From: Macrostomum lignano
Taxonomy: Eukaryota
Length of the DNA stretch: 43,345 bases
Direction of reading: 5' to 3'
NCBI GenBank assembly: GCA_002269645.1
Contig: NIVC01004524.1
Coordinates: 1-43,345 of the forward strand
Part shown: in pieces, positions 11,241 through 22,904 of the stretch
Numbering within the stretch: position 1 is the stretch's first letter
Layout of the letters: every line of letters starts with the position of its first letter
The notes under the pieces: model-generated
Databases searched by the model: none
What the model saw: the letters and a program-made list of their open reading frames with translations, nothing else
What the model was told of the DNA's origin: nothing
Position numbers and translations under genes: made by a program

Positions 11241-14200
11241 GGTTGTGGAATAACATTTGCATGCAAATATTTTGGACACTTGCTATGAGCTTATAATATT
11301 ATAGGCCAACTAATTATATTTGTTAATTATTAATGCTATTAAGTTACTTAGTTGCATGGGGGTTGCAGCTTGGCATACTTGGCTTAAAGCAAAATTGTTA
11401 CATAGCTAGCAAGGAATTCCAAATTAGTCCTCTACTTGTTCTTCTATATTGGTATTATATTCAGATTATTTCAAATATACTCAACATTTATTATCAACAA
11501 CATTGAAAGTCATTGTAAAAATTATTCAACATACACAGTTATTATAAGTTATATAGATAATCCAGCCAAAAAAATATATTATTTATGTTTTTTTGATTTT
11601 ACCTAACTTTTCACTTAAGTCATATTGTCTAAAATGCAAGGCATTATTTAAAAGTGAGGTAGTTATTTAATTCCTAATTATTTTTATTTCTCTTGGATAA
11701 AGCACCCATTAATAAATGATTAAGAATTCTTTACAGCAATTTTTTACTATTGACAACATATAATATATTTGAATGATTGATCATTCTTCTATTATTGTTT
11801 GATTATATTTAAAAATAGTTTAATAATATGGGTAAATAATAATTCATAAAATTGGGAGACATTTTTTTAAGTTAAAAATAATGATTTAATAGCCTATGGC
11901 AATGACTCAATAAGAAAGTTGCAAGTGTATAAGAATATAATAAGATCCCTTAAACAAAGTTTGTCCCAAAAAACTATATAGTTGTGATTATATTACTCTA
12001 GTAGGTAAAAACAATTTAAAAACTTGAATATTGAAAAAAAATCGTCTATGGGTGCTGATTTGCAGAAAATGTAGCAATATTAATAGGCCTATAACGTACT
12101 TGCGAACAATGTCATTATGTCAATAAAGATACTTAAATAAAACAGTGAAGCAACAAGGCATTTAAAGATACTAAACTTAAAAAAATGAATTAGGAAGAAC
12201 CATAGGATCTAGAGTGGACTAAAAATAAGTTGTAATAACGCGAAAGCAGTTCTTTGCATTAAGGAAGAAGTAAGAACCGAGGAAAGGAACCAATCCTGGT
12301 TAGAAAAAAGGATTATGAAATCATGCCCTCAATAACAATAGCAGCCAATGTATACACTTTTTGCTTCCTAACTAAAATTAAAGTTTTTTTAAACGAATAT
12401 TGCATATATTTTTCGCCCGTAACCTGTTATTTCCAGAGAGAAACTGGTATATCTACACAAGTGACTAATCAAAACGCAATCTGAAACTTATAGATCCTCG
12501 CCGGGATATCCTGGAAATTGGACATTTCAAATTTTTAGATGAAATATTTTTATACCCAATGTAGTAAAAACTTGGCGCACTTTTAAATTTCATATACTTT
12601 TTTGTTCAGGCTAAAGTATTTGTTTTCAATAAGAAAAAATAACTTTTAAAAATGTTTTTTTATTTGTTGAGATGGTGAGTTCTCTTTTTTAAAAAGCATT
12701 CTTTGTTCCCGGAAATAGAATTCGTCGGTCGGTCCAAGGCGCAAGTTAGTTAGCAACATATGTGTTCTGGTGTTAGACATGTCACCTTTTTTAGTAGTCG
12801 TAGTTAATTTAGCAGCATATGAGTAATATATCACTTAGTAAATCGCTTTTTTAAGTGGCTAGAGTTTTTTATTATTGTTAAAAAATCATGCGTCACCTCA
12901 CATGTCATAATTGATTTCTATTCTATAAATAACCATGCCTAACAATCCTAACATGCATGCTTCGCATGTTCAGTTTTTGGAAATAGGCCATAGGTCTAGC
13001 CTACTTCAGTAATAATAGTGTTATTTATAATTAGTAAAAATGTATAGAAAATTCCTAAATACAATGTCAATGTGGTTTGGTGTATTCATACATATTTGTA
13101 AGCTAATTTAGGCCTACCAAATTAATTTACTAAAGAAATAAGTATTTATTGAACATTGCAAGAATTATAGGGATTTAGGATTCTAGGAATTTTAAGAATA
13201 AACTATCTACTTTGCTTAGGCCCTAAATCTAATGTTGCTAAGAGTAAAGTATACACTGCAAAAATGCCAAATAGGGGCCTTAATTTAAAAAAATATTGAT
13301 ATCTAAAACAACAAATAAATGAATTAGACCTAATTCTAAGCAAATCAATATTGATAAATACTACCTAATTTTTATATCCTAATAAAATACTTCACTAAAA
13401 CCTACCAACATATGCTAGGAGCATATATTGATATATGCTCTATTCTTTTGCTCTATTTGGACCATTTATAGACCTATATAGGCCTATTATAATATTTTAT
13501 TTTATTAAATATCAAATTGTGATAAGCTGTTTCCATAGATAAACATAGGTAGTTGCCATTACCTATGTTTAAGTTTTTAGCACCACCATTCCTTATTTTC
13601 TATATGACACCAAAGCCAAAACTTTATTTTTTCAATGCTTATTCAAGGCCTAGTCTTGAAGGAGGCTGCACCATGGCTACTGTAAAAGACAAAATCAAAG
13701 TACATGAAGCATGAAATTTTGCACAAAGTTTAACAATGATTTTGCAAATATATTGTAATGAAAATTGACAACCTTTGCTTCATTTATAAAATTCTTAAAA
13801 TTGTGTTTTATTTCTTCTTTTTATTCTTTATTTTTGAAATTAAAAACAAATCTTAACATCTTCAATTTATAATCTTTACTTGCAATTACACATTTTTTAC
13901 ATAGGATTAGGATTTAGGACTAGCGCACCTGGCACACTTGTGCATTTTGACTGGCATACCTGGTGCTCACCAAAAATTTTTTGGAGTGGCTTCTAGCACA
14001 CACATAGCATGATCCTGACTATGGCCTTTGGGTTTAGGCCATAGATAACTTGTAAGGTAGACTTCTTTGCCATGTCTTTATCATACAAATCATTAATTTA
14101 AATCCTTGGCATTGGTGTGAATTCAAATGAAAAATAATTTCATAAAATATTGCCAACTAATGTGACTGTATATGACTTTGAAATGATAGCATTATTAGTC

Positions 14201-14449
14201 AGAACTGGCACAAATTCAAAAGAAAAATAATTTTGCAAATAAAATTACATTAGTACCCTAGTCTTATATTTATTTGTAATTTTTATAAATGGTTTATAGT
14301 TCTTTTATAAAATTAAAATGTAAATCATTTGGACCAGATGTAACAAATTCTATAAAGCTTCATAATAAGTTTAAACTTTTTTATAACTAAATAATATGGA
14401 TTCACCTTTTTGTGGCATTTTTTGTTTTAAAACTACGTTGCACTATCCA

Positions 14450-15650
14450 TATAAAAGTCAGGACTTTCAATATACAATCCCCCTTATAAGATGGCAAAAT
14501 TATAAGTTAAAAAAACTTTTAAAACCAAACTTTTAAATAGGAAAACTTAAAAGCGCAGTATTGTATTATAAAGTCTTGGGTTTTGTTAAAAAATGTAGCT
14601 TATATTTACTTTTCCACATGACCATTTAAATGGTAAAATTATTTGTAGGTGATTATAAGACAAAACCAAAGGAGCTTTTTTGGTTTCGAATTACAATCAT
14701 ACTAATAATAAAATTGTATTGGGTTAACCCAAAATTATTTATATATTATATAAAAAATTATAATATTGCAAAGGAATAAACATGATAGGTGAGTCTAGTC
14801 TTAAACAAAAGATTTCAACAATTACTATTCTTAGGAAAACCATTGAATCAGTATAGTCACTCAGAAAAAAAGTTATATTCAATAAAAATAAAAAAATATG
14901 AAATTTTTGCATGTCCCAATGAGAAGTGCTTCAATAAAAAAGAAAACTATTAATAAACAAGAGTATTAAATGGTGCCATGGATATTTTTTAAACTTAAAA
15001 CATGGTTTTAAATTTGTTTAATGTACCCTTTTTTAATTGTAGATTTCTAGTGAATTTTTGGCCATGTTTGTTTGTCCCACAAATGTCTTATCTAGTAGCT
15101 GACGCCAATTTAAGATAATTATAATCTCACTTAAGTATATAGCTCTTTTGGTTTTGTCTTACAAACACGTACAAAAGTGAGGAGAGTGCAGAAGCAATTA
15201 CCATAACAAATAATTTTATTCTCAAACATGCAGATCATTGATGAGATATATTACTTTTTTATGTGGACTGGGACTCTGTGTCCATAGAATGAACACAATT
15301 AAACTGCAAATTTGGGACCATACTAATCCATTCGATTTTGTAATACAATCCCTCTAATACAATTTTACTATCAGTGTGATCAGGTGCAAAACCAACAAGC
15401 TCTTTTGGTTTTTCTTACAATCACCTATATATAATTTCACCATTTAAATAGTTGTATGATGAAAGTGACTATAAGCTATGCTTCTATAACTTTCTATGCT
15501 ACATTTCAAAGATAATTTCAGTGATGATTTGAAGTGATTTGAAAATTGAGTACAATTTACAATAATTGTTAGATTCAGTTTTTTGATATACTGGAACTTT
15601 TTTGACTCTTTTTAATGGGGATTATAAAATAAAACTTGACCTGCTTAGGG
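14450..15650. repeat. Degenerate long inverted repeat (arms ~14450-14730 and ~15340-15650)
   Basis: CCATTTAAATGGTAAAATT...GGTGATTATAAGACAAAACCAAAGGAGCTT (~14620-14680) is mirrored at 15389-15460. A third partial copy lies at 15140-15175. Confidence 0.6.
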
Positions 15651-16418
15651 ATTTTAACTAAAGAATGCCCTAATTGTATATACACCTATATTAACTTATG
15701 TAATGACATTGGCATTGTAATAACAATTAGCACATATATAAAGTCATTTATGTTGCCATTATAAGCCATTTCATCAAGCACCTGAAGCAACCAGATAGGC
15801 AACTGTTGGCCAACCTAGCAGATCTGGCTACCATAAATTGTGGTAAACAGGGAGGGGTAAGCCACAAAAAATTCCAACCAAAAACAATTAGTACTAATTA
15901 GATAATGATGAATTTAGCCTTAATAAGACAGTCATAGTTATTGTTGCCATTTACATAGAATTGCATTAATTTTGCTTAAAGGTTTCTTTCTTAGGTAAGT
16001 CATATTTTTGGTCAAAAAGTAAGTCACATGGCCGGTGTAAATCAGGGGGGTTGCACATGTGTGACCTGGAGCTCTACTATGATTGAAATGGTGCTTACAT
16101 TAAGAACTCAATTTAGCCCATCAGGTTATTTATTACCATTTAGAAAACTTTTATACTGCAAAAATTCTTTATTGTGTTTTTTTAAGATTGTTGAGTTTCA
16201 TTAATATTCCTCTATGCAGGCAATAGGTTTTTAAGTTAAACTTATTTGGTTACTTATGTGTCACTATATAGTTTCAAACAACTATATAGTTACTTATATA
16301 TATATAGCGTGATATTGATGCCACAATGACAGTTTAATATGAATCACAATAATATTTAGCACTGTACAACAACCAAGCATTAAACATTTACATGCATTAT
16401 TCACATTTTCATAGCAAA

Positions 16419-18096
16419 ATGGATCCCAGTTCAGCCTCAATCATAAAGAAGTCATTAAAATACCTGCATAAGCTATGGCAAACAGATGCTTTTACCAAAA
16501 ACTCTGCAATGTTTAAATACTTGACTGCTCAATGGCTGGAGCTGAAGCTAGAGAAATCTGGTGTGCTCTGCTCTAACCAGAAGCTGTTGTGTCATTCAGT
16601 CTGTCCCGGCTGTTTGGGGCAGCAGCCACAGGCCTGCCAACAACACTACACAGTTAGCAGGCGGGGTCTTCGTAGAACTCGAAAGCGTTTAACCAAACGA
16701 TTAGGCAGCTCGGCGAGTGCAGAGGCTGCACTCGCTAGCAGAAAAGTGGTCAGTTTCTATTTTAAACATATTTCTATTGTTATATCTGTACTGTTTGTAA
16801 CCAGTTTGAAAAGCTATAACATCTTACTTTAAAATGATTACCCTGTAACATAATAAGACCTTTTACTCGTCCTGCAATACCCCATTGTAAGATTGTTCTG
16901 CAACACATTCTGATTTTCTGTAACATCCCACTCTTAGATAAGTGCCCTGTAACACATTATGATCGTTCTGTAACACCTCACTTTTAGATAAGTGCCCTGT
17001 AACACATTATGATTGTTCTGTAACACCTCACTCTTAGATAAGTGCCCTGTAACACATTATGATTGTTCTGTAACACCTCACTCTTAGATAAGTGCCCTGT
17101 AACACATTATGATTGTTCTGTAACACCTCACTCTTAGATAAGTGCCCTGTAACACATTATGATTGTTCTGTAACACCTCACTCTTAGATAAGTGCCCTGT
17201 AACACATTATGATTGTTCTGTAACACCTCACTCTTAGATAAGTGCCCTGTAACACATTATGATCGTTCTGTAACACCTCACTCTTAGATAAGGGCCCTGT
17301 AACACATTATGATTGTTCTGTAACACCTCACTCTTAGATAAGTGCCCTGTAACACATTATGATCGTTCTGTAACACCTCACTCTTAGATAAGTGCCCTGT
17401 AACACATTATGATTGTTCTGTAACACCTCACTCTTAGATAAGTGCCCTGTAACACATTATGATTGTTCTGTAACACCTCACTCTTAGATAAGTGCCCTGT
17501 AACACATTATGATTGTTCTGTAACACCTCACTCTTAGATAAGTGCCCTGTAACACATTATGATCGTTCTGTAACACCTCACTCTTAGATAAGTGCCCTGT
17601 AACACATTATGATTGTTCTGTAACACCTCACTCTTAGATAAGTGCCCTGTAACACATTATCCTTCGCTTTGGTGCAGCAACAACCTACTATTAAGTCAGT
17701 CTAAACCTCCTTACCATACTGAAGCACAAACTTTAATCGCAGGTCCGTCTTGTCTGCCCAACCTGCGGTCGCCGCAGCACCACCCGGCAACCGGCTGGTT
17801 CATCCAGCACGCCCGGCTCGACTGCACCCTCTTCGCGGGCGTCGGCTACTCCAAAGACGCCGATACAATCGACAATGTGCCACTCTCGCCAGCCTGGCAG
17901 TTCAAGCCAGGGCAAAGCGAACAAGCATAACAAAACCCTTTGCCGGGTGAAGCTGCTGCAGCAGCGGCAGTACGCTACTGGCGCAAATTTGTCGCCGTCT
18001 GCTTCCGCCGTTTCTTCTTCCGGCAGCAGAAGTTCGCCTGGCGGTGGCATGGCTTCGTTTCTGTCTCTGTTAGGGGCGGGAACGCCAAAGCGATAA
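16419..18096 (+). CDS. C18orf21: C18orf21/RMP24-like Rpr2 (RPP21/Snm1)-family Zn-binding protein, probable RNase MRP subunit; exons 16419-16748 and 17743-18096, 227 aa
   Basis: Two CxxC pairs (VCPGC; VRLVCPTCGR) separated by a basic stretch, an S/T/P-rich linker, KHNKTL..VKLLQQ and a terminal SFLSLLG. These match recalled human C18orf21 (ETCPYC; LLITCKTCNR; KKHFSQLKMLLSQ; NFLSSLKGG) in order and length. Phase-0 GTCAGT donor and CGCAG acceptor. Confidence 0.78.
16910..17660. repeat. 50-bp tandem repeat x~15
   Basis: Unit TAACACCTCACTCTTAGATAAGTGCCCTGTAACACATTATGATTGTTCTG fills the single intron of the C18orf21-like gene. Confidence 0.97.
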
Positions 18097-18405
18097 TAAA
18101 AAATCGTTTTTTGCTGTTTAGTTGTATCTGTCGATAAAAATGCATTTCGCCTACTAAAAGTAGGTTTGATGCATTTTTAATGCAAATTTGTTCCAAAATT
18201 TAATTAAAATACAAGTGCAACGTGGAGATGTACAGTTTTTAAAAGCTCGTATTTTAATTAACTTAGTCTTAATTTTGCCTTTAATTGATTAATATAGGTA
18301 CGATATGTAGTTTTGTAAGTTTAATCCTTGATAAAAAAACCAATCCCGAAAATGTGACCCATTGCAATGCAATTTCATGCATCTAATTGTGCGCCCGTCA
18401 TCAGC

Positions 18406-19631
18406 ATGAGCTCAGGGCAGGATGAGGCCTCTCTGGGGCTCAACCAGGACCACTGCAGCGCAGACGCTGCCACCGTGGATAGCAAGGAGCCATCCAATCA
18501 CATTGACCCAAACATAGAGGAGGCCATGGAGGGCATCGAGTTTTTCGATGAGGTTTTGCATTATCAAGGCGATACCGGTTTTGGTGCTACAGCCAATCAG
18601 AGAGGAGCTAATGATTTTGCTGCGGCAGATCAGGGTGAATCGGCTACGGATAATCACACAGCCAATCAAACTGGAGCTTGCGAGATTCCTGCAGCCAATC
18701 AGAGCGAGGATGCGGAGTTTCTTAAAGCCAGTCAGAGCGAATCTGCCGACATCTCAGCAGCCAATCACAGCAAGGCTACAGAAAGTCCTGCAGCCAATCA
18801 GGTCAAGGTTTTGGATTTTCTTGCAGATATTCGAAGCACTGACATCGCAGCAGCCAATCAGAGTGAAGCAACTGACATTGCAGCAACCAATCGGAGCGAA
18901 GCTACTGACATCGCAACAGCCAATCAGAGCGAAGCTACTGACATTGCAGCAGCCAATCAGAGCAAAGCTACTGACATCGCAGCAGCCAATCAGAGCATAG
19001 CTACTGAAATCGCAGCAGCCAATCAGAGCAAAGCTGTCGCTAGTTCACTGCCGAATCTAGACGAAGCTGTGGACGATGTCTTGGCCAATCAGAGTGAAAC
19101 ATTCGACCAAGCGCCAGCCAATCAGATTGAATCCGCTAGTAGTTTTATTACATCTGAAGTTGCGCCAGCCAATCAGAGCAAAGTAGCCACCGAATCATTA
19201 GCCGATCAGCGTGAAGCATCGGCAGATCAAAACGCCGCAGCCGCCGCTCCTCCAGATCAGGATTTCGTCATGGCCGAGGTTAAAACTGAAGTCCAATCTG
19301 CCGACGTGTCCGCAGTTTCCGTCGGCTTTGATGGCGCCGACGGCGAAGAGAGCGAAGCTGCCAGACAGGCTGCCAGCTGGATTGAAGACGCCAGCGAGGC
19401 TGCTGACTCCTCCGCCTCTGCCGTCGCTGCCGCCAAGACTGAACCTGTGGCTCTACTAGAAGCAAAGATTGAACCCACGGAAACCGGCTCGGCTGCGGCC
19501 TCCGCTGTCGAGCGGAAGCCGCAGGTGGCGGGCGTCAACGGCGGCGCCCCTGGAAGCCCCTCCTCGCAGCCCTGCTCGTCCTCCACCTCATCACAGGTGC
19601 CCATTCCCGGCCTGAGCAAGGCCTTGGAGAG
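18406..19631 (+). CDS. TDG: TDG exon 1: acidic disordered N-terminus with 11-aa ATDIAAANQSE repeats
   Basis: Long ORF ending at AG|GTGAGT in phase 2, matching the phase-2 acceptor at 19862. Confidence 0.8.
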
Positions 19632-22600
19632 GTGAGTTGCATCTGTAGCTGCCTTTTTACCTGTCTGTCTATCTATCTATCTATCTATTTATCTATCTAT
19701 CTATCTACCTGTCTGTCTATCTATCCATCTATCTATCTATCTGTCTGTCTTTCTGTCTATCTATCTATCTATCTATCTGTCTGTCTGTCTGCAGTTCATT
19801 ACTACTGATTTTTAATAAAGCATTTTGTTTATAACCACACCTGTCATGCCCAACCTCCCCAGCGCGCTGACCCGCCGTCAGCGACACGACCTCGAGCTCA
19901 CTGGCAGCTGCCCGCGTTGCGAAAAATTTCGCGAACAGATCGTCTTTGATGAAAATAACGAGCCGCAGCCCGGCATCAACATCCTGCCGGACTATTTGGC
20001 AGACGGCCTCGACATGGTTGTGGTAAGTTTGGCTCACCTGCTCCCAGATCCTCAGTTGCTGGGCCAGCCTCCCAGATCCTCAGTTGCTGGGCCAGCCTCC
20101 CAGATCCTTAGTTGCTGAGCCAGCCTCCCAGATCCTTAGTTGCTGGGCCAGCCTCCCAGATCCTTAGTTGCTGGGCCAGCCTCCCAGATCCTTAGTTGCT
20201 GGGCCACCAGCCTCCCAGATCCTTAGTTGCTGGGCCAGCCTCCCAGATCCTTAGTTGCTGGGCCAGCCTCCCAGATCCTTAGTTGCTGAGCCAGCCTCCC
20301 AGATCCTTAGTTGCTGGGCCAGCCTCCCAGATCCTTAGTTGCTGGGCCAGCCTCCCAGATCCTTAGTTGCTGGGCCAGCCTCCCAGATCCTCAGTTGCTG
20401 GGCCAGCCTCCCAGATCCTCAGTTGCTGGGCCAGCCTCCCAGATCCTTAGTTGCTGGGTCAGCCTCCCAGATCCTCAGTTGCTGGGCCAGCCTCTTAAAT
20501 CCTCAGTTGCGGGGCCAGCCAACCACACCCTCAGTTGCTGGGCCAGTCTTCCAGATCCGTATATTTCTTACCTCGCCTTTTTGTCTCTACTACTCAGTAT
20601 CCTGGCTATTCAGTAGTGCAAACGCGCGCATTCCCAAAAATCCGATCCGCTATCAAACAGATCGGCATCAATCCCAGCATGACCTCAGCCTACGTGGGTC
20701 ATCACTATGCCGGACCTGGCAATCATTTCTGGTCCTGCCTGAGCGAGAGCGGCCTCATCGCGGAGCCGCTCACCTGCCATGAGGATCACCGGATCTGCGA
20801 TTTTGGCATAGGCTTCACCAATGTGTGCACCAGGCCCACCAAAGGCGCCGCCGATCTGACCAGAAAGGAGATGAAAGAAGGTGCCGAAATCTTGCTGACA
20901 AAATTAAAGAAATACAAGCCGAAAATTGCCGTGTTCAATGGGAAAGGTAGGTCTTGTTTTATATGACTTTCCTGGCCTTTGTTGGGCATTCTATCTGCCC
21001 CGTTCCGCCCCGTTTAACCAACCTGAGGGCACTTCCCCCCATAGTCAGCCATAGGGCACTTTCTGCCCCCCCCCCCATAGTCAGCCATAGGGCACTTTCC
21101 GCCCCCCCCCATGGTCAGCCATAGGGCACTCTCCGCCCCCATAGTCAGCCATAGGGCACTTTCTGCCCCCCCCCCCCATAGTCAGCCATAGGGCACTTTC
21201 CGCCCCCCCCCATGGTCAGCCATAGGGCACTTTCCGCCCCCCCCCATAGTCAGCCATAGGGCACTTTCCGCCCCCCCCCATAGTCAGCCATAGGGCACTT
21301 TCCGCCCCCCCCCATAGTCAGCCATAGGGCACTTTCCGCCCCCCCCCCATAGTCAGCCATAGGGCACTTTCCGCCCCCCCCATAGTCAGCCATAGGGCAC
21401 TTTCCGCCCCCCCCATAGTCAGCCATAGGGCACTTTCCGCCCCCCCCCATAGTCAGCCATAGGGCACTTTCCGCCCCCCCCCCATAGTCTGCCATAGGGC
21501 GCTTGCTAGGCTTCAAGGCTACCCAGCCGCAACCGCCATTGAATTCCCGCAAACTTTCCCAGGCATTTACGAGGCATTCGTTGGTAACAAGAACTTCTAC
21601 ATGGGCAAGCAGCCGGAGCCGCTGGTGGGCACAGACATTGTCGTGTTCGTCATGCCCTCCAGCAGCGCCCGCTGCGCCCAGCTGCCCCGCGCCGCCGACA
21701 AGCTGCCATTCTACGTCGCTCTGAAGAAACTACGTGACTATGTTGTCGGCATCAGCTCGCATCTGAACGATTCCGATGTGGTGTTCACCGACTACACGGA
21801 GATGCGCGTGACGCAGCCGGACCCCAAGAGCGTGCGCAAAGCCGAACGGCGCAGGAAACGCAAGGCGGAGCTGGCCCAGCTCAACCAGGCTGCCGCCGCG
21901 GCTGCCGCCGCGGCTGCCGAGCAGAAAGCTCGAGCTGAAGCAGCCGCCGCTGCCGCAGCCTCCAGCATCGACTCTAAAGAAGCTGTCCAGGCCAAGATTG
22001 CAGCAATGCAGCAGCAGCAGCAGCAGCAACTGCGAGCAGCGGCTGGCGGCGTCAAAGTCGAAGGCTCCACAGCCGCCATCATCGGTCAGCCGGCTGCTGC
22101 TCAAGCTGGCGTAGCCATGCCGCAGCAGTACGCCCTGCTGACGCAGCAGCCCGGCCAGTTCGAGTGGCAGATTTACCAGCCCACTCTGTACTACCAGCTG
22201 CCCGCTGCCAACCCTGCAGATCAGGCTGGCGGCGCTGCTGCCGGCACCTCCGCTGCCGCCGCCGCCGCTGCCTACCTGCGGCCTCAGCTGCAGATCCTTC
22301 AACCGGCCGACGCCGCTGCAGCAATGGCAGCCGCCGGTGTCACCGTCGACAGTTCCGGGGCAGCCGCTCTGGTGAACAATTCTTCGTCATCGTCGGCAGC
22401 GTCATCTCTGGTTGTTTCGTCAACGTCGAATAGCGTCGGCGCCAACGCTGCCGCAACGGCCTTGACGGCGCAGCAGCTGGGTTTCGCCAACCTGCTGCTG
22501 CTCGATCCCAGCCAGCTGCAGGCGGCCGCCGCTGCAGCCGGAGCTGTGGGCGCCACCGTGGCCAGCAGCGTCGCCCTGGTGCCCTCCGTGTCCGCCGGCA

Positions 22601-22671
22601 TCGCCTCCACGGTGCAGGACAGTCGGACAATGGGACAGCAGCAGCATCAGCTGACTTACACCACACTGTGA
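18406..22671 (+). CDS. TDG: G/T mismatch-specific thymine/uracil DNA glycosylase (TDG/MUG family); exons 18406-19631, 19863-20022, 20661-20946, 21563-22671; 926 aa
   Basis: LPDYL..LDMVV|IGINP...GHHYAGPGNHFW, GIGFTNV, KYKPKIAVFNGK|GIYE, VMPSSSARCAQLPRA. All junctions are GT-AG and phase-consistent (2781 nt). An in-frame upstream ATG exists at 18367. Confidence 0.95.
19660..19792. repeat. (CTAT/CTGT)n microsatellite
   Basis: TDG intron 1. Confidence 0.95.
19863..20022 (+). CDS. TDG: TDG exon 2
   Basis: Ends ILPDYLADGLDMVV at a GTAAGT donor (cf. human TLPDILTFNLDIVI). Confidence 0.92.
20038..20550. repeat. 28-bp minisatellite (CAGATCCTTAGTTGCTGGGCCAGCCTCC)
   Basis: TDG intron 2. Confidence 0.96.
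20661..20946 (+). CDS. TDG: TDG exon 3: catalytic core
   Basis: IGINP (catalytic Asn) through IAVFNGK. Confidence 0.96.
21025..21500. repeat. ~33-35-bp minisatellite with poly-C run (CATAGTCAGCCATAGGGCACTTTCCGC7-9)
   Basis: TDG intron 3. Confidence 0.96.
21563..22671 (+). CDS. TDG: TDG exon 4: end of catalytic core plus Ala/Gln-rich C-terminal tail
   Basis: GIYEAFVG...MPSSSARCAQLPR (Arg-finger loop), basic KAERRRKRK, poly-Ala and poly-Gln, TGA at 22669-22671. Confidence 0.95.
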
Positions 22672-22904
22672 TGGCCGGCTGGACTGAGGCGGAATTTATT
22701 GATTTGTGCTTCTTATTGTTCGCTTAGAGACCCGTCCCGAGATTATGCGAACGCACTTTGCACTGATGCAGATTCTGTTATAACAAATAATAATAATAAT
22801 AGTACGCATATGAGATCTAACTACTTTTTATGTTCAGTAGTATCGTATTTTAGCTAATTAGCTGGTCCACTAGGAGTCGCCAATAAAAACGCAACTGTGC
22901 CTTT

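Noticed and set aside
16392-16418. Upstream ATG for the C18orf21-like gene, and read-through of ORF 16392-16832
   Set aside because: An acceptor-like TTTTCATAG and AAAATG favour 16419; the second CxxC is only reached by splicing at 16748.
16910-17660. 50-bp (and 55-, 60-, 91-bp) regular repeats as a CRISPR-like array
   Set aside because: Head-to-tail units without unique spacers, eukaryotic intronic context, no cas genes.
18590-19215. Many N-Q-S N-glycosylation sequons suggesting a secreted mucin-like protein
   Set aside because: No signal peptide, and the exon splices in phase to a nuclear glycosylase; the sequons are a by-product of the repeat.
19825-21552. PDPQLLGQPPRS and MADYGGGGKCP repeat ORFs
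   Set aside because: Minisatellites inside TDG introns bounded by clear GT-AG sites.
21730-22666. Six minus-strand ORFs including a poly-Cys one
   Set aside because: Antisense shadows of the GC-rich Ala/Gln codons of TDG exon 4.
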